Origin: a virus
Reading direction: 5' to 3' (one strand)
Length of the DNA: 64,000 bases
Virus record (IMG/VR): IMGVR_UViG_3300036985_003583
Span: 6,868 to 70,867 of that record
Of the stretch, positions 19,343-29,941 are shown in pieces. Under the pieces are notes generated by a model that did no database searches, was not told the DNA's origin, and saw only the letters and a list, made by a program, of their open reading frames with translations. A program made the translations under genes and the position numbers. How positions within the stretch are numbered: position 1 is the first letter of the stretch; the number at the start of each line of letters is the position of its first letter.

Positions 19343-19354
19343 TGGGAGTTTACC

Positions 19355-22300
19355 GTGGCTAAACCGTTTGACTTTCGGGAAATACTTGAGGGTAATAAAA
19401 TAGCTGAATCTGAAATAGCCGGAGGTGATACGGGGTTAGAAACCTTTACTCCTGAAGAACAAGAATTAGCTAAAAAGACAATGGAAGCTTACGCTGTTGG
19501 GGAAGAAATTCCTTTAGAAGGAGAAATCTCTACAGAGCTTCCGCCGGAAGAAGAGTTCACTATGGAAGACTTGGAAGCGGCGAGAGCTGCTGCAGCTCCG
19601 GTAGAAGAGTTTACTACTGAAGACTTGGAAGCGGCTAGAGCTGCTGTGGCTCCTGTAGAAGAATTTACTACAGAGGACTTAGCCAAGGCTAAAGAAGCTA
19701 TGGCTCCTGTAGAAGAATTTACTACAGAGGACTTAGCCAAGGCTAAAGAAGCTATGGCCGCTCCTTATGCTGAAGCTTACACTCCGGGAAAGATGTCACC
19801 TCAGACACAGAAAGAAGTCGAAGCTTCCGTTAAAGAACGAGAGAATAAACCTCTGTCAAAAGTCTTGGGCGTCGGTTCAGTCGGAACCGAGTCTATCCTG
19901 ATGGAAGGGATTAACTCTGTAAAGAGGGGAGCGATGCACGTTTGGGAAGCTTTTGGCGGGAAAGCTCCTGAAGGCGCCTATGATCGTCCAGAGGAAGACG
20001 TAAGCAAAATAATAGACCCCGCCACTGGTGCCGTAGCAGATCTAAGATCGTTAATGGTAAACCCCAAGATAGGGACGGCAGCAAAGGAAAAAGCTCTGGA
20101 CGAGGTAATTAACTCACAGCTTGGCTTGCCTCCGGGAGAAGCTGCGAAAGGTAGAGAAGACGCTATCGGTTCTGCATCCATAGGAGGCATGGTTCAGGCG
20201 TTAGATTCTTTGGTGACGCAAGGCGCAGCTACAGGCTGGATCAAATACGGTGTGTCGAAGTTTACCGACAACAAGCTTCCAATGCCTCCGGATTACTTCT
20301 CACCAGAAGCTAAAGCGTATATAGCCAACAACCTTAACTCCGGAAAAGCTATCGGGGTTCATGGTGTTGAAGTGAAGATCCCAGAAGGTAGCAACCCTGA
20401 AGAAGTAATGAAGAAAATGTTTGATAACGTCGTAGCCACAGCGCACGACCTTTACGCAATGGGAACAACGTCAGCGGCGTTGGAGAATGCTGGTTTGCCT
20501 TTGATGTTTGCAGGAAACGCTCTGAAGGGTCTTTTCGCTGCTGCTGAGCTTACCAAAGGCGAAGCGGCTATGAAAGCTATGCTTGTCGCTGCAAACCCTC
20601 TGACAGCCGTATTCGAACGCTATGGAGTTAAGCTCTTGGGTGTTGGAGCAATGTCAAAGCCAGCACAGTTTCTAACTCGTGTTGGAGTAAGCGGCGCAGA
20701 GGCAGCAGCCATGACACCTCCGACAACGGCCGGAGGCTTTGACCCTGCAACGATGGCAGCGTCTGCTGCAGTCGGAGCCGGAATGCACGTTGGCGTTGCT
20801 GGCGTGGGAAAGGTCTTAGGAAGTTTATCCAAAAGAGGGGCTAAAGTAATTCACACTCCTGAAGAACTTGTCCATATTGAAACTCAGAAACAAGCTATGG
20901 CGATGGTCAAGACTTTGCCTGAAGATAGAGTGCAGGCAATTATCAGAGGCGAAGAGCAGGTAGCTCCGGAACTTCGTACAGAAATCCGTAACGTCGTAGA
21001 AGCGAAACAACTCTTTAGCGACTTTAACCCCGGAACCGTAGAGAAGATCCTAATAGAGGGTGCAGATATTCCGGAGATACGGGCTCAACTTGACGCTATA
21101 ATATCCCATACTCGCCAGATGAGTCCGGAACAAAGAGCAGCCCACTTAGCCTGGAAGAAGGCGTCGAGGCAATTAAAGGCTCCGGAGCTAAGGTCTGAAG
21201 CGAGGAAGTTATCTGAAACTGTAGAATACTCTGCTGCTCTTGGCGACGATGCCTTGATGCAGAAGATGATGGCTTCAAATAACCTTCAGAACATGATCGA
21301 ACCTTATGGACAATTAAAAAGATCTTATCTAAACAATTCCTCTTCAATGTACCGAAGTGAGATACAGGATATTTTACAGTCTGGATTAGAGGGATACAAT
21401 GTAGACAAAGCCGCTTACCTTAAACTTACTCCAAAGAGTGCTTTGCATATAGAAAATGTAATCCGTATGCAAACCGAAGACTTAGACTATAATAAAGCCT
21501 TGGAGAAACTAAAGGCCAATAGTTACAAAGTAGACAGTGCAGGGATTAAGGTACAGGATACCCTTGATAAAGTTGTAGCAAAGACCCAAGATCCCCGAGT
21601 AGTTGGCTTGAAGGCACATATTGATCAGGCGATAAAAGCCAACTCTACCATCAACCTAGACTATGCTATAAAGGAATTAACAGACCTTGGCGTTGAGACT
21701 GGCGAACACGCTCCGGGCTTGCTTGCTACTCAAATATCTAATTATAATAGACTTCACAACAACCACATAGACTTAAAACAGGATATGCAGAACGCTGTTA
21801 CCCACAACGCTCTCCTTGAGCGACGTAAGATAAGCACTAAAGCCAACACTTCTGCAGGCCATAATCTGCTAAGAACTGCCGCCGTCTATGCTGCTCCCGA
21901 CTCGATAGCAGCTAGATTTAATGAACAGATTCAACACGTAGCGTTGGATTCCAAAGTACCGCAAGAAATTAAAGACCTTTCAGCAGAATTGATTGGAGAA
22001 GCTTCTCAGAGAATCTCCACTGGAATGCCTATTTCTGAAGGTAAAATACAGTTTCTGCGCGACTCCATAAAAGGAATTAAACAAGCTAACGATGTAAGGC
22101 CGATGCTTGATGCAATGGATCACTGGAATGTTGAAGCAAAAGCTTTATCTGTCCTTAGAGCGCAAATGGGGGCTTTGCAGGAAACTCCGGGTGGAGTTCT
22201 CGAGCTTCTACCTTCATTCCGCAGAGCTGGCGATGTAATTGTAAGTCCGCAGAACATGAGAAGACTGGAATACTATCATCAGTATCTATCTTCTGTATGG

Positions 22301-25300
22301 GTTGACGCTTTAGACGGAAAACCTATTAATGAGAAAGTTAAGCAAGATCTGTACCACATGGCTTTCGGCAGTGAAGAGCAAAAGATCAAGATAGTTATGG
22401 ATCCGACGTCTCCAATATCCACCGATATTCATTCGGATAACATGCTTAGGTCGTTACAAGTTTACTCTAGAGATCTTCTAGACTCTTTAAACGACTTGCA
22501 CATGATAGCCTTTGGGAAACGATTAGACGTTGAAATGTTCTTGGCTTACCTGAGTAATCCCGCCAATGGTGACAACGGTAACATGGCTGTAGAAGCTATG
22601 GGTTACAACGTAGCGAGATACTCTGATAAGTTAGCTCTGTGGAATAAAGTTAAGGAGGAAGGAAACTCATTCCTGCTCACCCTTGCCAGCCCTGAATTCC
22701 TAGAAGGATTAATGACAAAGAAGAGCTATATCAGCTGCGGTGTCGGCTTTGAAGGAATAGCTACTGCACATAGAGAATCTGTACAAGAGCATATGAATTT
22801 ATTCAGTGACGACGTAGCCCACTTAGAAAAGCAGATGCTTAAACGCGGCTGGGGATCTGAAGAGTTTGGTACAAAGGTTAACAAACTTCAGGGAGCTATG
22901 GACAAAGGCGGAACAGGAATAAGCAAGCTACGTCAGGGTTTCTTTGTATTAAGACAAACCGGAGAGACTATTGATACCGAGCTGGGGTCGGTAGCTAAAA
23001 GAATATTTACTAACGAAGACCTGTTACGACGTATGAATGACGCTTCCATAAAGGACAACCGTCCTGTGGGATCAGAGCTGATGCGGGAAGTTATCAATGA
23101 ATTGATTCCTGCTAAAGAGGCAGCGAAAATCATAGCCAGAAACGGCCATATTGATATGTTCAATTACTTCTCTGCTACCGTGAAGAATGCTCCAAAGGAA
23201 AGCACTGTAGCTATCTGGAAAGATGTCTACGAATGCTTGGAATTCCTCAACGGCATGAGAATAAAAGGATACAATAACCACGTTAGATCCGTATCGGAAT
23301 TAAACATCCGTCACAGAAATACAGGTTACGTGCAAGAACCTTTACGCTTTAGAGAGGATTATGTTTATACCAAGAAGATGAGTAAAGGCCGTGTAATAGA
23401 TTATGTCGATAACATATTCTCTGCCGAAGCCAACTTAACTAAACGATTTGGCTCGTCACTGCAAGGCCAGCTTGATAAAGCCGACTCCCTTGGCATAGAC
23501 TTAATGCATCCGATTACTGCTACAATTATGGATACTCAATCTATGATTAGAGATACAACAGCTTGGCACGCTAAGACTACGCTGCAGGAATACGGGGTAC
23601 TTCTCCACAGCCTTGGCTATGAAAAGCTATCTAGTGCTCTGCTTAACGTGCTAGAGACAAACACTCTCGGTAAATTAAACAGTAGAGTTGTTCAAGAGGG
23701 ACTTAGAAGTGCTTATGAAGGTATCTTGAAAGTACCTTATGTTAACTCAATTATGCTTACCACTGTTGCTGCTGCTAAGTTAGTCGGAGCTAAGGCAATG
23801 CAGACTTCCTTATCTTCTATTAGGAGTCTAAGCAGGTCGTTCATATCCCAGCCTATAATGAACTTCGTCTATGGTGGAAAGAGTACAACTGGTAAGTTCT
23901 TCGGAAAGGTATTACAATACGTATTCTTCAAGAGTACTCGTAACAGACTAGCCTCACCTGACGGCCCAATAGCTCCAGAACTGCATAGATTAGTCCGAGA
24001 AACCCTGCGTGGATATATCGACGTAAACAATAGAGCGCAGATGGAAGCCGTCAACGACGCGCTATTACTGTCAGGAAAGACCCGTGGCGGTTTGACTGTA
24101 GCCAATAAGGTAGCAGTAGTTTCTGATAGACTTATCGATCAGGCATTTGAAAAGATGACGCAGATAGCTAAAGAGAATTTAGAGTCAGCAATGTCATTAC
24201 AGATATTAGAGACAGGAGCTTCAGTCTATACCAAGGCTTTGGGAATACTTAAATCAGAAGGCGGGGATGCTGCAATAAGTTACCTAGGCCCAGAAGTAAA
24301 AACCTTGAAACAGACTCAACTCTATGCGCTCGTGTCTTTGATGGGTAAAGGATTAAAGTCTGGAGATGTCTACATGGCTGCAGACCCTTTCCTGAAGATG
24401 TACCACACTAACAACGTAGGCCGTTTTGGTGTTCATGCGTCACCAGCCTTTATCCGTGACTTTATTCAACCTATCTTACCTGCATCCGCTACCTTTTATG
24501 CTGCGATAACCAATAACGTATACCGAGCCATGAGTCAGTCTGTGGAATTAGGCGCAGAAACTGTAGCTAAGGTACGGGGAATATTCTCTGAAAAGACTGG
24601 ACTTCCTATCAATACAAGCACTCGAGTACTTACCACGCTACTTATGGGCGGCGGCATGGCTTACATGGCTAGAATAATGAAAGACGGCGTTGCAGACACA
24701 TGGTTTGGAAGTCAATTAGATGACAAGCAAACGATGGAACAGGCTCCTTTGGGAAGAGCCTTCCTACACGGAACCGGAATAGATTTGTCCACAGCGTTGC
24801 CTTTCCCTGAGCTGCTTAACCTTATAAATTCTGGGATGAAGGGGGATGTTGCCGGAGTTAAGGATGTATTCTTTAAAACCTTCCTAGACATTGGCAAGCA
24901 AAAGAATACTCCGTTTGCTTCTGCGGATCTGCTTAACATGTACAAGGCTTTGTCTACATTAAATGAGATAACTGGTGATGTGTTTCCGATTCTTAACCTC
25001 CTGCCGTCGAAGATAACCGATGCGAAGAAAGAGCTATCTTCTGCCACTGAAGAATTCCAGAACAACCTGGCTAACGGGATGTCGATAGACGTTGCTCAAG
25101 GTAAGGTGGATAAAGCTACAGAGAAGATACGGGATTTAGAAAACACTTACTTCACTCACGGTTGGGTAGCTCTGGCTGATCTTGTAGTGCAAAACATGCC
25201 TATCGCCAGCATAGTGACGGCGGGAACCCATCCGTTTGCAATTGCTTCCATGTACCGCAATGAGCAATCCAAAGCAGCTATGGAAGGTGAAATGCACAGA

Positions 25301-25750
25301 GGCATGGGCCGCGATGACTACGCAGGCTGGTTCAACATGCTTCAGCAATCCTACGGCATAACGGACATCCACGACAAGGGCAGCAATGCAGCGCGTAAGT
25401 GGTACGGAGCTGTTTATGGCGAATACGGCAGCAATGAAATGCCAGCTAATCTCCGAATGACTCAAGAGGAAATAGATTACAATATAAAGATGGCATTGAA
25501 GTGGGACGGCCTAATGGTTGATACTGATATGTGGTTAAACTACATGGTTAAGAAGGGGAATATAGAAAAACTTGGAGGCTTTAACGTCGGAGGCAGCTTG
25601 AAAGATGGAGGCTTACTGGAAGTTATGAAAGACAAACTCCATAAAAGAACCTCGCCGATTCCTCCGCCGAATCGCCCAGTTTATCCAGAAAACCCTGTGC
25701 GTCAGTTACTGCGGGAGACTAAACTACCCGATGAAAAGAAGCCTCGCTAA
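19355..25750 (+). CDS. Very large internal virion / ejection protein (2131 aa)
   Basis: Last and largest gene of the structural cluster; helical, with N-terminal acidic repeats. Confidence 0.6.
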   Translation: MAKPFDFREILEGNKIAESEIAGGDTGLETFTPEEQELAKKTMEAYAVGEEIPLEGEISTELPPEEEFTMEDLEAARAAAAPVEEFTTEDLEAARAAVAPVEEFTTEDLAKAKEAMAPVEEFTTEDLAKAKEAMAAPYAEAYTPGKMSPQTQKEVEASVKERENKPLSKVLGVGSVGTESILMEGINSVKRGAMHVWEAFGGKAPEGAYDRPEEDVSKIIDPATGAVADLRSLMVNPKIGTAAKEKALDEVINSQLGLPPGEAAKGREDAIGSASIGGMVQALDSLVTQGAATGWIKYGVSKFTDNKLPMPPDYFSPEAKAYIANNLNSGKAIGVHGVEVKIPEGSNPEEVMKKMFDNVVATAHDLYAMGTTSAALENAGLPLMFAGNALKGLFAAAELTKGEAAMKAMLVAANPLTAVFERYGVKLLGVGAMSKPAQFLTRVGVSGAEAAAMTPPTTAGGFDPATMAASAAVGAGMHVGVAGVGKVLGSLSKRGAKVIHTPEELVHIETQKQAMAMVKTLPEDRVQAIIRGEEQVAPELRTEIRNVVEAKQLFSDFNPGTVEKILIEGADIPEIRAQLDAIISHTRQMSPEQRAAHLAWKKASRQLKAPELRSEARKLSETVEYSAALGDDALMQKMMASNNLQNMIEPYGQLKRSYLNNSSSMYRSEIQDILQSGLEGYNVDKAAYLKLTPKSALHIENVIRMQTEDLDYNKALEKLKANSYKVDSAGIKVQDTLDKVVAKTQDPRVVGLKAHIDQAIKANSTINLDYAIKELTDLGVETGEHAPGLLATQISNYNRLHNNHIDLKQDMQNAVTHNALLERRKISTKANTSAGHNLLRTAAVYAAPDSIAARFNEQIQHVALDSKVPQEIKDLSAELIGEASQRISTGMPISEGKIQFLRDSIKGIKQANDVRPMLDAMDHWNVEAKALSVLRAQMGALQETPGGVLELLPSFRRAGDVIVSPQNMRRLEYYHQYLSSVWVDALDGKPINEKVKQDLYHMAFGSEEQKIKIVMDPTSPISTDIHSDNMLRSLQVYSRDLLDSLNDLHMIAFGKRLDVEMFLAYLSNPANGDNGNMAVEAMGYNVARYSDKLALWNKVKEEGNSFLLTLASPEFLEGLMTKKSYISCGVGFEGIATAHRESVQEHMNLFSDDVAHLEKQMLKRGWGSEEFGTKVNKLQGAMDKGGTGISKLRQGFFVLRQTGETIDTELGSVAKRIFTNEDLLRRMNDASIKDNRPVGSELMREVINELIPAKEAAKIIARNGHIDMFNYFSATVKNAPKESTVAIWKDVYECLEFLNGMRIKGYNNHVRSVSELNIRHRNTGYVQEPLRFREDYVYTKKMSKGRVIDYVDNIFSAEANLTKRFGSSLQGQLDKADSLGIDLMHPITATIMDTQSMIRDTTAWHAKTTLQEYGVLLHSLGYEKLSSALLNVLETNTLGKLNSRVVQEGLRSAYEGILKVPYVNSIMLTTVAAAKLVGAKAMQTSLSSIRSLSRSFISQPIMNFVYGGKSTTGKFFGKVLQYVFFKSTRNRLASPDGPIAPELHRLVRETLRGYIDVNNRAQMEAVNDALLLSGKTRGGLTVANKVAVVSDRLIDQAFEKMTQIAKENLESAMSLQILETGASVYTKALGILKSEGGDAAISYLGPEVKTLKQTQLYALVSLMGKGLKSGDVYMAADPFLKMYHTNNVGRFGVHASPAFIRDFIQPILPASATFYAAITNNVYRAMSQSVELGAETVAKVRGIFSEKTGLPINTSTRVLTTLLMGGGMAYMARIMKDGVADTWFGSQLDDKQTMEQAPLGRAFLHGTGIDLSTALPFPELLNLINSGMKGDVAGVKDVFFKTFLDIGKQKNTPFASADLLNMYKALSTLNEITGDVFPILNLLPSKITDAKKELSSATEEFQNNLANGMSIDVAQGKVDKATEKIRDLENTYFTHGWVALADLVVQNMPIASIVTAGTHPFAIASMYRNEQSKAAMEGEMHRGMGRDDYAGWFNMLQQSYGITDIHDKGSNAARKWYGAVYGEYGSNEMPANLRMTQEEIDYNIKMALKWDGLMVDTDMWLNYMVKKGNIEKLGGFNVGGSLKDGGLLEVMKDKLHKRTSPIPPPNRPVYPENPVRQLLRETKLPDEKKPR
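19543..19760 (+). repeat. In-frame tandem repeat (PVEEFTTEDL... x4)
   Basis: Units of about 48-51 bp; the last two are identical at DNA level. Confidence 0.9.
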
Positions 25751-25977
25751 CCTCTATGAGCTTTTCGTAGCTTCTTTCGGATATGGCTTTTCTTGTTTAC
25801 TTTTCCGGTGCATTCGATGCATTTGCTCCGGAAACCGGATTTTGCTTTTGACTGGCCGTAGAATTCCTTAGTAGATTTAAACAATCCACAGCCTGTACAT
25901 TGCTGCTTGCCAATACCGACTTTTTCATAAGTGCAGTTACAGAGCTGCAGGCTGTTACGTTCAGAGTTTATTATCAT
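25747..25977 (-). CDS. Small Zn-finger protein
   Basis: CTGC-x-KSTKEFY-x-GFRSKCIEC, the Zn motif usually found N-terminal to EndoVII/HNH domains, here standing alone. Confidence 0.6.
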   Translation of the reverse strand: MIINSERNSLQLCNCTYEKVGIGKQQCTGCGLFKSTKEFYGQSKAKSGFRSKCIECTGKVNKKSHIRKKLRKAHRG

Positions 25978-26332
25978 ACTTTTCCATATTCTCCGCAGCT
26001 AGAAGCTTAGCATTGTCAGGCATTAACTGAAGTCTGGAACATGTAGCCTTGGTTGCCGCTCTAGCTCCGGTAAGGATACCGTCGATAAGCACGTTCAGAT
26101 CGGTTGAGCCGTATTCATTATGACCAGCGTTCATATAAGAGTCATTACGGAGAATACACTTGATGTGGTTAAGCTTTAACGTGTCTCCGGTGGCTGTGTC
26201 GATAAAGTCACCTTCAGAGGTAACGGCTATTTTGTATTCTTGGAGTTTCTTCCATAAGATATTAGCAACTTCATGCTTAAACTTCGCAGGGATCTCAGAA
26301 ATGGCAATAGAATATACAGCTTTCAGAGCCAT
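25961..26332 (-). CDS. Hypothetical protein
   Basis: 123-aa ORF in the minus-strand operon. Confidence 0.6.
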   Translation of the reverse strand: MALKAVYSIAISEIPAKFKHEVANILWKKLQEYKIAVTSEGDFIDTATGDTLKLNHIKCILRNDSYMNAGHNEYGSTDLNVLIDGILTGARAATKATCSRLQLMPDNAKLLAAENMEKYDNKL

Positions 26333-26373
26333 GAGCGTAGCTTTCTAATTAGGGTGAGAGATTAGTTTAGCAT

Positions 26374-27075
26374 CTAAACTTCTACTGAGTCAAAATTACC
26401 TTGATGGTCTACTTCCGCGTTACCTACTTTTCTCTTGGTCAGAACGTGAGCGAGCGTCCTCGCCCCGATCACCTGTAAACCTACATTCCAGCCTTCTCCA
26501 ACGGTGCTAAGGTAAAGAGGATAGCCAATCAAGGTAAAAGCTAGAAACAGCTCCTCAAGGTTATAACGCTGCGTCAGAGCGCCGACGCCAATAGCGTCAA
26601 GAAAGTCCGGTAATTCCTCTGACGTAATCCGACCCGGCAGTTTTGCCGTTGTGTAGATCGGGAGTCTGACAATCAAGAAACGGAACAAGTCAGCGTAGGT
26701 GTGCCAGCTCATATCGGGATATTTCGCGTTAGCTTCTACTACCATCTGTTTCATCTTAACAGGCTTGCTACGGCGTGAGAGGATTCTGTCTTTAAATATC
26801 GCCTCAAGATGCGCGTCCCAGAAGAACGGGCAAACCAGAATAGACATAATCAAAGGTAGTAGCTCGGTTTCCGGCATAGCCGTGGTTACTTTAAATATCT
26901 GTTCACCTACGGGGAGCCGAAAAAAGATATCTGATAATTCTTTCATTATCTCCCGGCTAGCGGGAGTTTCTTTGTACATTGAAATGTAACGCTCTAGGCT
27001 CATGCCAAAGTCTTGCTGTAATCTTTCAACGATAGCTCCGGAGAGGTGCCGTGTTGGTTTTATATAAACGGTCAT
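26374..27075 (-). CDS. Hypothetical protein
   Basis: ATGA overlap with the upstream HNH gene; AAGGAG RBS. Confidence 0.7.
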   Translation of the reverse strand: MTVYIKPTRHLSGAIVERLQQDFGMSLERYISMYKETPASREIMKELSDIFFRLPVGEQIFKVTTAMPETELLPLIMSILVCPFFWDAHLEAIFKDRILSRRSKPVKMKQMVVEANAKYPDMSWHTYADLFRFLIVRLPIYTTAKLPGRITSEELPDFLDAIGVGALTQRYNLEELFLAFTLIGYPLYLSTVGEGWNVGLQVIGARTLAHVLTKRKVGNAEVDHQGNFDSVEV

Positions 27076-27899
27076 TCCATTATCTCCTTAATTATTTCTT
27101 CCTTCTGCAGCAGCAGCCATAGTATCTCAGTGTCATTAGCGTATCTCCAAGTAAGTCCGCAACATGTAGCCGCCTCTCCTTTGCAGCAATAAGCGATACC
27201 CGTTTGTTGTGTTTTATAGTGAGTGGCTGCAGCTAGGGAGGATTTAAAGTATTCACCTTTTGAATTGGCTACGGGTTTAAACTCTCTAGGTACAGAGTTC
27301 GCCGCCGGAATTTTTAATTTTCTGGGGAGAATGGTGTTCTCTCTAGTGGAATCAAATTCCCATGTAAGTCCTCCACAGATACGTCTTTTACCTGTACAGC
27401 AGTCAGAAATATGTGCCTGATTTAACCCCAGACTCCTAGCTGCCTCAGCTGTGGATACAAAGCTCTCTCCTTTATTATTTATTACTGCTTTTCTCAATCC
27501 CTGTACGTATTCTACCTGTCTAGAGTCTTGTATTTTATTGAAAATATTCTGCTCGATAAGGTATTTTCTATGCAGAATGGCTGCTTCCATCCCTAAAGCA
27601 CTCGGGATTACGGATATATCGGGGATTCCCGTATTGGCCCTATTTTCTTTTTGAGTCACTTCTCTTAGGTTGCACTTCCTATTATCCCATCTGCACCTAT
27701 TGATATGATCTATCACTTTAGCGGGATCTGGGTATTTAAGTATTAAGTGGCTCATTCTTACGGGCTTTCTTTTATGTTGGATAAACCACGCATATCCGAA
27801 CGTCCCTTTCCACACTACCCCTTTTACTTTATCCCAGTCATCTGCATCTACACAGGCGAAGTTATCCTTCCCAAAATGTACCCACTTTATCTCAGTCAT
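27072..27899 (-). mobile_element. HNH homing endonuclease with two C-terminal NUMOD1-like DNA-binding repeats
   Basis: VDADDWDKV...MSHLIL...VIDHINRCRWDNRKCNLREVT..EN; repeats FVSTAEAARSLG..HISDCCTGK..CGGLTWEF and FKSSLAAA..IAYCCKG..CCGLTWRY. Confidence 0.9.
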
Positions 27900-29172
27900 T
27901 CATCACCTCTTGGATTATAGCCTCCTTATTTAAAAGGATTCTGCTCACACGCGTATCAATTCCCGGCCTTACCAGTGTTACAACGCGGCACTTGCGGGTC
28001 TGTGTCATACGTCGGATACGTCCAACAGCCTGTGTATTCTTATGCGGTTCGTAGGATAAATCCATAAAGACAAGATGATTTGACCTTGTCAGGGTAATTC
28101 CAACGGAAGCGGAGCCAATGGTCGCAACAAGTACATCAATTTCCCCAGCCTGGAATCTCTTTACAGTGTCATCCCGCTGAGCCATCGGGGTGTCACCACG
28201 GATATATGCACTATTTGGTATTGCGGCACAGACCTCAAAGCAGCTTAATACGTGGTCTGTGAAAACAACTATCGGAAGATCTTGTGCTGCAATAGCATTC
28301 TTAACATATTCGATACAGTCGGGAGCCTTGGCAATGGCTGCTTCCATCTTTAATGTTGCCATTGAAGTAGGCGTAGCCTCGCCAAGTTGGTACGCTTCCC
28401 AGCCTTTCTCGAGATTATCGTCAAGTTCCTGCAGCCGTTTCTTTTCCTTCGGCACTTGCGCCAGTTCTATTTCAGTGAAGATAACTTCTGGAAGATCCTC
28501 CAGATCAGCAAGCTTATGTTTGATGTAAGTTCCCTTCAGCCACAGCTTTAACGCCTCTGTATTCTTACTGCCTTCAAAGGTTGTTATTTCCCTTCCCGCA
28601 ACTCGTTTCTTTACCATGTTAGCGAAGGTAAGGTTGAACGCCCACTGACTCTTAAACTTGAGGTTAAATCCTCTGCTCCGTATCGGCCCATAGTCTATCA
28701 ACCGTAACGTGGAGTACAGTTCGGTAACTTTCCCTTTGAGGGGAGTTCCCGTCATTAATATAAGTCTACTCGGAACAAACTGTGATATGTGACTGTGTAG
28801 GGCTTTAGTCCTTCTCGCCGTCATCGTCAGAAACATGTGAGATTCATCTACAACTACCGTGCCAACGCCGTGAAACAATTCGGGGCATTTATAGATCATG
28901 TCTGAAGAGATGATAATAACTCTACAGGATAACTGCCCTTTGAAAGGGTAAATGACAGACTCGATACCAGCAAACTTTCTCAGCTCCTTCTGCCAATTCC
29001 GCGTCAGCAAGCTAGGACAGACAACGATAGCTCTCCCTGCATACTCTTTAATGAGGAGAATCGCACTCAGGGTTTTTCCGACTCCTGGCTCTGAGAAGCA
29101 AGCGCAGTAAGGGTTACTACGGAAGAACTCCAGTGCTTCTAGCTGATGAGGGAAAGGTATAAAGTCTGTCAT
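27892..29172 (-). CDS. SNF2-like (SF2) DNA helicase
   Basis: PFPHQ, Walker A EPGVGKT, VVDESH, MTGTP, VGITLT, QAVGRIRR; likely ATG at 29172. Confidence 0.9.
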   Translation of the reverse strand: MTDFIPFPHQLEALEFFRSNPYCACFSEPGVGKTLSAILLIKEYAGRAIVVCPSLLTRNWQKELRKFAGIESVIYPFKGQLSCRVIIISSDMIYKCPELFHGVGTVVVDESHMFLTMTARRTKALHSHISQFVPSRLILMTGTPLKGKVTELYSTLRLIDYGPIRSRGFNLKFKSQWAFNLTFANMVKKRVAGREITTFEGSKNTEALKLWLKGTYIKHKLADLEDLPEVIFTEIELAQVPKEKKRLQELDDNLEKGWEAYQLGEATPTSMATLKMEAAIAKAPDCIEYVKNAIAAQDLPIVVFTDHVLSCFEVCAAIPNSAYIRGDTPMAQRDDTVKRFQAGEIDVLVATIGSASVGITLTRSNHLVFMDLSYEPHKNTQAVGRIRRMTQTRKCRVVTLVRPGIDTRVSRILLNKEAIIQEVMND

Positions 29173-29179
29173 AACCACC

Positions 29180-29932
29180 TCAGCTAAAGAAAGGGTTTGG
29201 AAGCTTATTGGCGCCAAGGGTCAGAGACGTATCTGCAACCGCTACAACCAAAGCTTGGTTAACTTTTCCATTACGGCTGTAGATCCAGTGGCCGTTAGCA
29301 GCGTTAAGAGCGTCTTTGATCGAGGTAAGCATTGCAGGATTAGACTTCCAGTCAGGATTTGTCACGGCAATGGCGTCAACAATCTCTACCAACATGCTCT
29401 TGTTGGAACGATCAAACATCACATCAATATAGGTGACAGGCAGAGACTCGGTTGCTACGGTTTCTGTGTGCGCTACGTCGATAACATCTTTCGCTTTTGG
29501 TTTCGCCTTGGCTTTAGCTTTAGGTTTCTCTACGACTTCAGGGATTATCACAGGATCAGGCGTTACAACTGGCTCTGGAGTTACGAACTTGTTGTGTTCT
29601 TCCTGAGTTATGGGTCGGAATCCCTTTGCCATCTCTGGAGTTATTTCTGGACATTCGTCACCTAAAGTAGGTGCTGTATCTTCAGAAGCAAAGACTTCCG
29701 GGTTTTTTGCTAAAACATCTTCCAAGCTACCTGCGAAGAGATCAGCGGCGTTTTCTTTACATGAGGCAACGAATCCCCTTAGTTTATCCGGAGCTGGCTT
29801 AGGCTCAAGAGGCATAAAGAACATATAGTCTTCTTCGCACTCATCATCTCCCGCCTTGCAGCTGCAGGTTATTGAGCATTTAATTACTGAAAGAAAGCTG
29901 TCCATTGCAAAACTTGCAACTTTAATCTTCAC
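29180..29932 (-). CDS. Hypothetical protein
   Basis: 250-aa ORF, GGAG RBS, GTG start. Confidence 0.65.
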   Translation of the reverse strand: MKIKVASFAMDSFLSVIKCSITCSCKAGDDECEEDYMFFMPLEPKPAPDKLRGFVASCKENAADLFAGSLEDVLAKNPEVFASEDTAPTLGDECPEITPEMAKGFRPITQEEHNKFVTPEPVVTPDPVIIPEVVEKPKAKAKAKPKAKDVIDVAHTETVATESLPVTYIDVMFDRSNKSMLVEIVDAIAVTNPDWKSNPAMLTSIKDALNAANGHWIYSRNGKVNQALVVAVADTSLTLGANKLPNPFFS

Positions 29933-29941
29933 GGTATCTCC

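Noticed and set aside
19355-25750. Virion RNA polymerase
   Set aside because: No DxDGD or T7/N4-type catalytic motifs could be recognised by eye; a profile or structure search is needed to exclude it fully.
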